From Phaeosaccion multiseriatum (taxonomy: Eukaryota > Protista > Ochrophyta, other classes), in the NCBI GenBank assembly GCA_965112735.1, contig OZ218953.1:3658001-3722000 (forward strand): a stretch of 64,000 nucleotides of DNA, read 5' to 3'. A model generated the notes under the pieces. That model had not been told where the DNA came from, made no database searches, and saw only the letters and a list, made by a program, of their open reading frames with translations. This document shows positions 23,510-34,985 of the stretch, piece by piece (the first letter of the stretch is position 1; the number at the start of each line of letters is the position of its first letter). Position numbers and translations under genes: made by a program.

Positions 23510-25547
23510 TCAGTACCCTCCGACCTTGCTGACGGAGTGGAAGCCCACCGGTTTATTGGCCAAGAAGTTCCCGACCTCCGTCGCGAAAGCTTCCGTGGAC
23601 TCATGGGCGAATGTGGCCGTAACGTCAGCGTTGTGGCTGGAGATGAAGCACCGGTCCTTGTCCAAGTTCCACATGCGGTGCTCCTTAGGCAGGGGTTCGG
23701 TGGTGAACACGTCCAGAGCCACGCCTCGGATGGAGCCCTTCTGCTCCGAAGGGGACCCATGACACATACAGACACGAGGAGGGAAGATGAAACAGGGAAA
23801 GGGAGGTGAGTTCGGTCAGTGGGGTGGTGGACACTTTCCAAGGCCAGCACGGCCAATCGTCCAACCAGCCTGCCTGCCTGCCTGCCTGCCAGCCTGTACG
23901 CTGCTTCAAACTGACCTCTACGGCAGACATGAGTGCCTCCTCGTTGATGAGGGCCCCCCTCCCCACGTTGATGAGCACCGCAGAGGGCTTCATCCTGGCG
24001 ATTTGCCTGGCGCCCACCATACCCCTGTCCGCAGAGGAGGGAGGGAGAGAAGGAATGGTGCCATGAGACAGGAGGGGGAGAGGGACTGACTGACAGACTG
24101 AGTTACTAGATGATTGAGTAACTGAGTGGCTGGTTACTGACCTGCTCTCGTTGGTGAGCGCGGCGGCCACGACAATGTAGTCGCTCTCTTCGAAGAGTTT
24201 GTCGATATCCTCTGCGCCGTACACCTTGTCCGCGATCTGCGACGGCATTGCTTTACGCCTGAGGCCCACAACACGCATCCCGAATGCTCTCGCTGTCAGA
24301 GAGGGATGGGGGGGGAGACGCACGTGAGCTTAGATGAGATAGCGAGAGGGCCATTCGTCTGGAGGGCTTCTTTATCCCCGGAGGCCACCAAGACTTCTAT
24401 CATCATTCTTGTCTTCTCCTCTCTTCCTTTCCTTCCTTCCGTCCTCCCACGCACCCAGTTTGCCCGTCGTTTGTCCAATGTCTCCGAAGCCGACCACGCC
24501 CATGGTGGCTCCCCGCAGCTCGCCAACGTTAAACTTCTCCCACTTCTTGTCCTCCTGGTTGCGCTGCCAGCGCCTCACGTCTTTGGCGAAGTACAGGCAC
24601 GCGAAGAGGCAGTACTCGGCAAGTGTACTGCTGTAGTGACCCCTCGCATTAGTAAGCACCGCCGGATGGGCCTGCAGCTCTACGCAGAGGAAGTGATCGA
24701 CTCCTGCCGAGAGAGAGTGCACCCACCGCAGCCTGTTTGGTGATACAGACAAGGTGTCAGGTGGGGAGGGGGAGATAAAAGACGCGTACCAGTGCGTTCG
24801 AGCAATTCAGAGCTCGCATACCTTGGCATATGGGGAAGTACAGCTGCCATGCAAGCGGCGTCGGCTGAGCACGAGAAGAGCACGTTGGCCTGGCTCAGCT
24901 TGCTCGAGACCTCTGGGTCTGCCCAGTCTGTGTCCTCTGGGGGAAAGATAAAGACAGAGCAGTGGGCCTGGCAAGGGACGACGAAAAGAAAAGAGGCAAG
25001 CACAGACATGAAGAAAGGAGGAGGAGGAGGAGGGGGGGGGGGGGTAAGCAGGAAGCAACTCTTCTGTCTCTTTGCGCGCGAGTGCCGGATCACTGACCGG
25101 GAGGTGGCATAGCGCCGAAAGGAAAGCGCTGTCCGTCCGAGCGAGCACGACAATGTTGGCAATTTTTGCAACCGTATCCTTTGACAAGACGGGAGGGATC
25201 TTCGTCTTGTAGTGGTGGTGCACTGGAGACCCACCGGCAAAGGACCCAGACCCCGTCCCCTTCCTCTCCAGCTCCTTGATTCGGGAGGAGTTCCTTTCCG
25301 GGCCAATTCGGTCAGTCACTTCAAAGTCCTCTGTTACATCTGCCGATGTGGCTGCATCAGCATTCCCTGGAGGCACATTCGTCTCAGCCCCAGTCGTATT
25401 TTCCCCAGGAGGGGAATCCGTCTGAGCACCAGTCTGTCCCTCCAGAGAAACATCCGTCAGAGCCACAGCCATCACCCCCTCCGGAGTGGTATTCGTCTGA
25501 GCCACCGCGTCTGTTCCTGCAGGAGCACTCTCTGCTGCAGCTTTCAT
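23510..25547 (-). CDS. D-isomer-specific 2-hydroxyacid dehydrogenase (NAD(P)-binding)
   Basis: Spliced motifs LRWVHSLSAGVD, LTNARG..S..LAEY, GVVGFGDIG, SDYIVVAAALT, LINVGRG, ALDVFTTEPLP and ISSHNA. The 5' end is uncertain (ATG at 25547 or an upstream exon). Confidence 0.9.
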
Positions 25548-25703
25548 TGGTGAAATTCGGGATCTCAAGCCTTGCTCCAGGCTTCTTTTGGTGGTGATAC
25601 ACTTACTGGCTCACAAATGCCGTCCCGTTACAGAAATTTTCTCTTTTCTCGGCTTTCTCGTTAGGGGAACCCACACACCGCAAGCAAGGGCAGGAGCGGG
25701 CCC

Positions 25704-28700
25704 ATGCAAGCACCAAGACCGAAGGTCATGAATGACCATAGCGGAGAGAGCTCCAGGAGTCGGATTCGTCTGCTGTTGCCAGTGGCGCTGCTAATCTCGC
25801 TCTCTGCCCCCGCCGCGGCGTCCACCACGTCCAACAGCTCCCATAGCTCCGGCAGCAGCGGCATGAGCGCCGAGATTCACTTTGGCACCAACAAGACCGA
25901 CACCCTCAGCGGGGGAAGCGACTCCGGCATGGACATTCTCTTTGGGTTAGAGGGGAGTGACAACATCCAAGCAGGAGGCGGGCCCTATAACATGTGAGTG
26001 TCACCACAAGTATGCACCCTGCCTCCCTGCAAGCTCTACGGGCTTCCTCCCACTCATTGACTGATTGAGTGTAAGGCTTGCTTACACTCCCACCTCGTCT
26101 CTCTCAGCGTGTTTGGCGGAGGGGGCGATGATGTGATACAAGGAGGCAATGGCAACGACTACCTCATGGGCAACTCGGGATCTGTAAGTGCCACACGTTG
26201 GCTGATACATGTGCATTCCAACGCGCTGTCCCGTCCGAGGAGAGAAAGTCGAACGTCGCACCCCTCACTTTACATTGCGTCTTCTCTTGCATGTCCATCC
26301 CCTCTTTGTGCTCCTTCACATCTCTGCAGGACTATCTCGCCGGCCACTCCGGCTCTGGTACGTGCTTCTCTCCTCGCTCTTGAGCATACACGCTTGGTGT
26401 TGTGGATTGACCCCGGAGGAGGAATCGCTTGCTTCTTCGATACTCGCCACCACTCCATCGCCACTGTTTCCCCTTCTTTCAACGCCCCTCGTCGATCACA
26501 TACTTACCGCGCTCATGAGCTAAAGCCCTTCTGCCCCCCGCCGCTGGCACTCCTCCGGCTGCTGCGTCTCTTCCTCCTCCATCTTCTCGTGCCCTTCCCC
26601 AGACGTGCTCAATGGAGGAGACGGGACTGACATTCTCAGTGGTCAGGGCGGAGACGGTGAGTGAAGGAAATGTGCTTCTTACGGAGGGCAGAGGAGGGCT
26701 GCTCAGGCATGGCATTAACCACAGCTACCGGGGTCAATGTGCCTCAACCCTGGCTCCATTCGTCGCCACCATGTGCTGCTTCCGCTCCTCCTCTCGCTAT
26801 CTCACACAGACGTACTCGTCGGCGGTGCTGGCTACGACTATCTCCATGGAGGCAGCGGTGACGGTGAGTGAGCACGCGACAGAGCCTCGCTGGGTATAGC
26901 CTTGTTTGGCATGTGTAGGCCCGAGCTACTTCCCTTGGCTTGTGGGCGAGTCGCCTGCTGACCTGCGGCAGTGCGTGCAGCTGCAAAGGACCTGACACCC
27001 TCTACTGCAGTGGAGTGCAAGTCGGCTCATTCTGTATCCCCCTGCGTGTGCGGTCCTCGTGCCTGTTCCTGCGAGCAGATGTTTTGCTGGGCGGTGCCGG
27101 CCATGATCGGCTGTACGGTAGTGAAGGAGCAGGTGAGAGAGGAGCGCTTCCGAGCAGAAGAGGAGGAGGAAGAGCCGCGGTGGACATCAGAGGGTGTAGT
27201 AACGAGCCGTTTGTTCTTGCTCTGTAGGGCATGGTGCTCTCTCTGTCCTAAGCGTCTCTTACTCACACGTCCTCCCTGCTCCTCCGTGCTCCTCCCTGCT
27301 CCAGACATCTTCGTGCTGACGGCGGCCATCATCAACTCCGCCACTACCTTCTCGTCGGTAAGGAGCTTACAGCAGAGAAAGCCCAACACCGCTTGCAGTG
27401 CCCAACCTTGCACGCGCCATGCTCCTCCGGCCTCACTCGGCTCACTCTGCTTACCGCATACCCGGCTTCTGCCTCCTCCCCACGCTCTTTCCTCTCTCGC
27501 TCCGACCGCTCTACGCTGTCTCAGGCGCCGAACTATATTCAAGACTTCGACATGGCGGAAGGAGACTTGCTCTGTCTGCCCGAGGGAAGCACCTTCAACG
27601 ACCTCACAACTACGTTCACCCCGTCCGACTGGGGAATTAATGTACTCGACGCAAACGGCAAGGAGCTGGCCGTCCTGGTGGGCGAGCATCGCTTCCCCTC
27701 CTCTGCGGCCTTCATAAACTGCACCAGCATGCTCCAAGAGCTCCCGCTGGGGGACTACTCGAGCCTGCCCTCCGACTTCGCAGGCTTCGGCGAGAGCAAT
27801 CGCTCCACGACCTATGGCAGCTGGTCCACTTCGTACAACGGAAGCCACTGGAGCAGCACTCACAACTGGACGCCAAGCTACCCCTCCTCGTACAACACGA
27901 CCACGAGCAGCAGTAGTAGCAGCAGCAGCAGCAGCATGAGCGCCGAGATTCACTTTGGCACCAACAAGAGCGACACCCTCAGCGGGGGAAGCGACTCCGG
28001 CATGGACATCCTCTATGGGTTAGAGGGGAATGACAACATCACAGCAGGAGGCGGGCTCTATAACATGTGAGTGTCACCACAAGTATGCACCCTGCCTCCC
28101 TGCAAGCTCTACGGGCTTCCTCCCACTCATTGACTGATTGATTGTATGGCTTGCTTGCACTCCCACCTCGTCTCTCTCAGCGTGTTTGGCGGAGGGGGCA
28201 ATGATATGATACAAGGAGGCGATGGCAACGACTACCTCATGGGCAACTCGGGATTTGTAAGTGCCACACGTTGGCCTTGCACGCGATAGCTGTGCATTCC
28301 TACGCACTGTGCAGTCCGAGAAGAGACACGCGAACGTCGCACCCCTCACTTTACATTGCGTCTTCTCTTGCATGTCCATCCCCTCTTTGTGCTACTTCAC
28401 ATCACTGCAGGACGTTATCTCCGGCCACTCCGGCACTGGTACGTGCTTCTCTCCTCGCTCTTGAGCATGCAGACTTGGTGTTGTGGATTACCCCCGGGGG
28501 AGGAATCTCTTGCTTCTTCGATACTCGCCACCACTCCATCGCCACTGTTTCCCATTCTTTCAACACCACTCGTCAGTCTCCTCGCCGATCACATGCGTAC
28601 CGCTCTTGAGCTGAAGCCCTTCTGCCCCCCGCCGCTGGTACTCCTCCGGCTGCTGCGTCTCTTCCTCCTCCATCTTCTCGTGCCCTTCCCCAGACGTACT

Positions 28701-31700
28701 CAATGGAGGAGACGGGAGTGACTTTCTCAAGGGTCAGGAGGGAGATGGTAAGTGAAGGAAATGTGCTTCTTACGGAGGGCAGAGGAGGGCTGCTCAGGCA
28801 TGGCATCGACCACAGCTACCGGGGTCAATGTGCCTCAACCCTGGCTCCATTCGTCGCCACCATGTGCTGCTTCCGCTCCTCCTCTCGCTATCTCACACAG
28901 ACGTACTCGTCGGCGGTGCTGGCTACGACTATCTCCATGGAGGCAGCGGTGACGGTGAGTGAGCACGCGACAGAGCCTCGCTGGGTATAGCCTTGTTTGG
29001 CATGTGTAGGCCCGAGCTACTTCCCTTGGCTTGTGGGCGAGTCGCCTGCTGACCTGCGGCAGTGCGTGCAGCTGCAAAGGACCTGACACCCTCTACTGCA
29101 GTGGAGTGCAAGTCGGCTCATTCTGTATCCCCCTGCGTGTGCGGTCCTCGTGCCTGTTCCTGCGAGCAGATGTTTTGCTGGGCGGTGCCGGCCATGATCG
29201 GCTGTACGGTAGTGAAGGAGCAGGTGAGAGAGGAGCGCTTCTGAGCAGAAGAGGGGGAGGAAGAGCCGCGGTGGACATCAGAGGGTGTAGTAACGAGCCG
29301 TTTGTTCTTGCTCTGTAGGGCATGGTGCTCTCTCTGTCCTAAGCGTCTCTTACTCACACGTCCTCCCTGCTCCTCCGTGCTCCTCCCTGCTCCAGACATC
29401 TTCGTGCTGACGGCGGCCATCACCAACTCCGCCACTACCTTCTCGTCGGTAAGGAGCTTACAGCAGAGAAAGCCCAACACCGCTTGCAGTGCCCAACCTT
29501 GCACGCGCCATGCTCCTCCGGCCTCACTCGGCTCACTCTGCTTACCGCATACCCGGCTTCTGCCTCCTCCCCACGCTCTTTCCTCTCTCGCTCCGACCGC
29601 TCTACGCTGTCTCAGGCGCCGAACTATATTCAAGACTTCGACATGGCGGAAGGAGACTTGCTCTGTCTGCCCGAGGGAAGCACCTTCAACGACCTCACAA
29701 CTACGTTCACCCCGTCCGACTGGGGAATTAATGTACTCGACGCAAACGGCAAGGAGCTGGCCGTCCTGGTGGGCGAGCATCGCCTCCCCTCCTCTGCGGC
29801 CTTCATAAACTGCACCAGCATGCTCCAAGAGCTCCTGCTGGGGGAATACTCGAGCCTGCCCTCCGACTTCGCAGGCTTCGGCGAGAGCAATCGCTCCACG
29901 ACCTATGGCAGCTGGTCCACTTCGTACAACGGAAGCCACTGGAGCAGCACTTACAACTGGACGCCAAGCTACCCCTCCTCGTACAACACGACCACGAGCA
30001 GCAGTAGTAGTAGCAGCAGCAGCATGACCTCCACCACGAGCACCTACAATGAGTCCTCCACGACGTCCTCCCCGTCCTTCACAGCCCCTTGGACCCCAAC
30101 CATCCCCACCACCTACAACATGACAACATACACCACCAGCACGTACAACAGCACCAGCAGTAGCACCAGCACTCACAACTGGACGCCAAGCTACCCCTCC
30201 ACGTACAGCAGCTCCCATAGCTCCGGCAGCAGCGGCATGAGCGCCGAGATTCACTTTGGCACCAACGAGAGCGACACCCTGAGCGGGGGAAGCGACTCCG
30301 GCATGGACATCCTCTATGGGTTAGAGGGGAGTGACAGCATCAACGCAGGGGACGGGCCCTACAACATGTGAGTGTCACCACAAGTATGCATCCTGCCTCC
30401 CTGCAAGCTCTACGGGCTTCCTCCCACTCATTGACTGATTGTATGGCTTGCTTACACTCCCACCTCGTCTCTCTCAGCGTGTTTGGCGGAGGGGGCAATG
30501 ATGTGATACAAGGAGGCGATGGCAACGACTACCTCATGGGCAACTCGGGATCTGTAAGTGCCACACGTTGGCTGCAGTGCACGTGATACCTGTGCATTCC
30601 AACGCGCTGTCCCGTCCGAGGAGAGAAAGTCAAACGTCGCACCCCTCACTTTATATTGCGTCTTCTCTTGCGTGTCCATCCCCTCTTTGTGCTCCTTCAC
30701 ATCTCTGCAGGACTATCTCGCCGGCCACTCCGGCTCTGGTACGTGCTTCTCTCCTCGCTCATGAGCATACACGCTTGGTGTTGTGGATGGACCCCGGGGG
30801 AGGAATCGCTTGCTTCTTCGATACGGGCCACCACTCCATCGCCACTGTTTCCCCTTCTTTCAACGCCCCTCGTCTCACCCCTCGTCGATCACATACTTAC
30901 CGCTCATGAGCTAAAGCAAAGCTTTTCTGCCCCCCGCCGCTGGCACTCCTCCGGCTGCTGCGTCTCTTCCTCCTCCATCTTCTCGTGCCCATTCCCAGAC
31001 GTGCTCAATGGAGGAGACGGGACTGACACTCTCAGTGGTCAGGGCGGAGACGGTGAGTGAAGACAATGTGCTTCCTACGGAGGGCAGAGGAGGGCTGCTC
31101 AGGCATGGCATTAACCACAGCTACCGGGGTCAATGTGCCTCAACCCTTGCTCCTTCTGTGGCCACCACTTGCTGCTTCCCCTCCTCCTCTCGCTATCTCA
31201 CACAGACGTACTCGTCGGCGGTCCTGGCTCGGATCGTCTCTATGGAGGCAGCGGTGACGGTGAGTGAGCACGCGACAGAGCCTCGCTGGGTTTAGCCTCG
31301 TTTGGTATGTGTAGGCCCGAGCTACTTCCCTTGGCTTGTGGGCGAGTCGCCGGCTGACCTGCGGCAGTACGTGCAGCTGCAAAGGACCTGACACCCTCTA
31401 CTGTAGTGGAGTGCAAGTCGGCTCATTCTGTACCCCTCTGTGTGTGCGGCCCTCGTGCCTCTTCCTACGAGCAGATGTCTTGCTGGGCGGTGCCGGCTAT
31501 GATAGTCTGTACGGCAGTGAAGGAGCAGGTGAGAGAGGGGCGCTTCCGAGCAGAAGAAGGCGAGAAAGAGCCGCGGTGGATATCACAGGGTGTAGTAACG
31601 AGCCTTTTGTTCTTGCTCTGTAGGGCATGGTGCTCTCTCTGTCCTAAGCGTCTCTTACTCACACGTCCTCCCTGCTCCTCCGTGCTCCTCCCTGCTCCAG

Positions 31701-33273
31701 ACATCTTCGTGCTGACGGCGGCCATCACCAACTCCACCTCTACCAGCTCGAGGGTAAGAAGGAGCCCAAAGCAGAGAAAGCCCAACACCGCTTGAAGTGC
31801 CCAACCTTGCACGCGCCATGCTCCTCCGGCCTCACTCGGCTCACTCTGCTTACCGCATACCCGGCTTCTGCCTCCTCCCCACGCTCTTTCCTCTCTCGCT
31901 CCGACCGCTCTACGCTGTCTCAGGCGCCGAACTATATTCAAGACTTCAACATGACGGAAGGAGACTTGCTCTGTCTGCCCGAAGGAAGCACCTTCAACGA
32001 TCTCACAACTGCGACTGCCTTGACCGGGACCAACGATGTGCTCGTACGCGACGCAAACGGCAAGAAGCTGGCTTGGGTGAAGGACCACACTCACCTCACC
32101 TCTGCGGCCTTCATGAACTGCACCAGCATGCTCCAAGAGCTCCTGCTGGGGGAATACTCGAGCCTGCCCTCCGACTTCGCAGGCTTCGGCGAGAGCAATC
32201 GCTCCACGACCTATGGCAGCTGGTCCACTTCGTACAACGGAAGCCACTGGAGCAGCACTCACAACTGGACGCCAAGCTACCCCTCCTCGTACAACACGAC
32301 CACGAGCAGCAGTAGTAGTAGCAGCAGCAGCATGACCTCCACCACGAGCACCTACAATGAGTCCTCCACGACGTCCTCCCCGTCCTTCACAGCCCCTTGG
32401 ACCCCAACCATCCCCACCACCTACAACATGACAACATACACCACCAGCACGTACAACAGCACCAGCAGTAGCACCAGCACCAGCACCAGCACCAGCACCA
32501 GCACCAGCACCAGCAGCAGCACCACCACCACCACCAGCACCAGCACCACTCCAGCACCAACGCCCGCACCTATCCCCGCCACCCCAGCGCCCACCCTTGC
32601 CCCAGTGGCTCCTGCGCCAACGCCTGTCCCGGTCCTTCTTACCCCAGCACCGACGCCTGCTCCCGTCGCAACCACCCCCCCGCCAACGCGCAAAGTCCCC
32701 GTGTGGGTCAAACCAACGCCCGCCCCTACCGCGCCCAAGCCAACCTTCGCACCCACGCCTGCCCCCACCACTGCCCCGACCGCCGCCCCGACTGTGAAAC
32801 GGACGAGGGCTCCCACCATGGCCCCGACTCCCGCGCCGACGAGTGCGGCTCCGACGCCGGCGCCCACAGCAATTCGGAGGTGCATCTGCACGTGCACAGA
32901 GCAGGGTGAGTTCGGCGATAGTGGGGTAAGAGTGGGGTCGTGGGGCGGGAGTGACTTCCCTGCGTGGCTGTGGCTGTGGCTGTGGCTGTGGCTGTGGCTG
33001 TGGCTGTGGCTGTGGCTGTCGCTGGGCTATGCCTGGGCTGTGGCCGGGGCTCACTGTCTGCTATGTATGCCTTTGGGTCGTATCGACTATGAGCTTTCCC
33101 TCCCCTCGGGCCCGCCCCCGGTGTGGCACCGCTTGCTCGGACGCAGAAGTCCGCCGTGCCCTTTCACCATTGATCACCTTCCTCCACCCTCTGACTCAAC
33201 CTGTCCAATCCCCCATTCACCACCCTCCTCCGCCCTCTGACTTAATCTCTGCAATCCCATCGACTTGCTTGCT

Positions 33274-33305
<32 letters not shown>

Positions 33306-33920
33306 TCTCTCTCTCTCTCGCACTCACTCACACACACACACACAGGCGGCTGCTCTTGCCGATGCGGCCCCCCTCCGACACGTCTCCGCCGTCTGGCCCC
33401 TCGCACCCGCCTCTCCAGCCCCCGACACGCGCACGTGACGCTCACGACCCTCGTAGGGGCCGAGTCCATCACCAAAGAGGACTTCACCGAGGAGGCACAG
33501 GAGCACTTCTGCTGCGTCATTGCCAACGTCATTTCGGGGGTGCCGGGCGTGGATGTCGCTCTTCCTGCCCCTGCCCCTGCCCTTGCTCCTTCTAGTGGCA
33601 GGCTCGAGAGAGTCAGCAGTGAGGAGGAGGCCCTTCTAGTAGGGGAGGAGGAGGAGGAGGAAGAGGAGGCGACGATGAGCGTGAAGGTGATCGGGGTGGA
33701 CGAGCTCGAGGCGGACTACGTAACGCCCGAGGGGCAGCTCCTGTCGCAAGGATGGTTGCTCATGGTGAGCTTCGACGTGTTGGATCTGCCTGGAGAGGAC
33801 GACATAGACGAGGCCGTGAGCGACGAAGTGGTGGCGTCGATCCGCTTAGCCGAGGAGGACGGATCGTTGGCCGCAGAGCTCGAGGCGGAGGTTATTCGAG
33901 ACATGAGGACCGCCCTGTGA
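25704..33920 (+). CDS. Secreted RTX/hemolysin-type Ca2+-binding beta-roll protein: three beta-roll+cap modules, S/T-rich linkers, a P/T/A stalk, a Cys cluster and an acidic C-terminal domain (23 exons, ~1,365 aa)
   Basis: Exons 25704-25993; 26108-26183, 26330-26357, 26603-26656, 26810-26863, 27079-27132, 27305-27357; 27525-28066; 28181-28256, 28411-28438, 28694-28747, 28901-28954, 29170-29223, 29396-29448; 29616-30367; 30478-30553, 30711-30738, 30999-31052, 31206-31259, 31475-31528, 31701-31753; 31924-32905; 33346-33920. All are GT-AG and total 4,098 nt in one open frame. There are ~14 GGxGxDxL-type nonapeptides per module and a signal-like LLLPVALLISLSAPAAA. Confidence 0.88.
25863..32480 (+). 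repeat. Tandem triplication of a 2.1-2.3 kb unit, exons and introns included
   Basis: ATGAGCGCCGAGATTCAC recurs at 25863, 27936 and 30237 (periods 2,073 and 2,301 nt). Corresponding introns are highly similar between copies. Confidence 0.97.
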
Positions 33921-34438
33921 GCAGCCTTCGGTGAAGAGCCGAACTGCCCTGGATTGGTTGATTGACTTGGTTGGTGGATTGGTGGATTGGTTGATTGATT
34001 GATTGGTTGGATATCCATTGTGGTTTGGATTGGCCCAGGGAGGGGCACCACCCCAGCGATGACTCGTGTGTATAAATATTTGTGCTATGTGTGTTCCTTG
34101 TCTTTATGTGCTTCATTATTATTGGTGTTTAGTATTAGGGTAGATGTACGCAACCCCCAATTTTGCCTGCTGTGTGAGAAAGAAGAGTGTGTGTGAGTGA
34201 GAAGTGTTGTGTGACCATGTGTATGTGCAGTGCGTGTGTGCTAAAGAGAGAAGTTCCCGTTCGCTGTTGTCGGCCCCAGCCTCCTGCGGGGACATACGAT
34301 ACAATGCCTGACAGAGCCTTCGTAGCAGACGCCTTGGAGAGGCCTCAATTTAGAAATGAAACAAATAAGGTTGATGAACTGATGATGAGTTGTGAGTGTC
34401 ACTGCGTAAGTGTTGTGGTGGGTTTAAGGCACCCTCCC

Positions 34439-34538
34439 CAGGAGGGTCCTGACACCCCGAGTACAGCAGTTTTCAGTTGCAGCTTCGTGGCGCACAGGAG
34501 GCGCTCCTCCTCCCCTCCAAGGTGTCAGGACCCCCCTG
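34439..34538. other. 100-nt element bounded by 18-nt inverted repeats (hairpin or MITE-like remnant)
   Basis: CAGGAGGGTCCTGACACC (34439-34456) pairs with GGTGTCAGGACCCCCCTG (34521-34538) at 17/18 positions. No target-site duplication is seen. Confidence 0.45.
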
Positions 34539-34985
34539 ACAGATGAGCCGAAGTGCCCTCCCCTGCCTCGCCCCCCACCTTGTAAGAGCGGAGAAGTCAG
34601 TTTTCTCCTAGTCTAGTCGTTAGTTTAGTTCGTGTAGCTGTATTGCTACCTCTGCCCTGCCTCCGCTCCTGCCCGCTGTGGCCGGTACCCGCTGGCTGGT
34701 GGTGCAGCTATGGCTGTTGCATTGGGTGTGAGTGCTGCGCTCTCCCTTTGTCGTGCACGTCAGAGGCCCCTGCTTCCCTCTGTTCGCCCTCCGACTTCGC
34801 TCAGGCAGCGCCCTGCCCTTGGTAGCTCCTCTACTCGCACTATCGCATCAATCGCCACAAACAATCTGTAAGTATCCTTGGGGTTAGACAACCACCTCCC
34901 CTTCTCCCCCCAAGAGCCTCCCTCCCACCTCTTATCTCCTCTCCTCTCTCTCCCCTAACCCTCTCCCACCCCCCCTCCAGCAGTC

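Noticed and set aside
25704-33920. Bacterial contamination or an RTX toxin/type I secretion locus
   Set aside because: The gene has 22 spliceosomal introns, an ER-type signal peptide and eukaryotic neighbours. No pore-forming domain, acyltransferase or ABC exporter is present.
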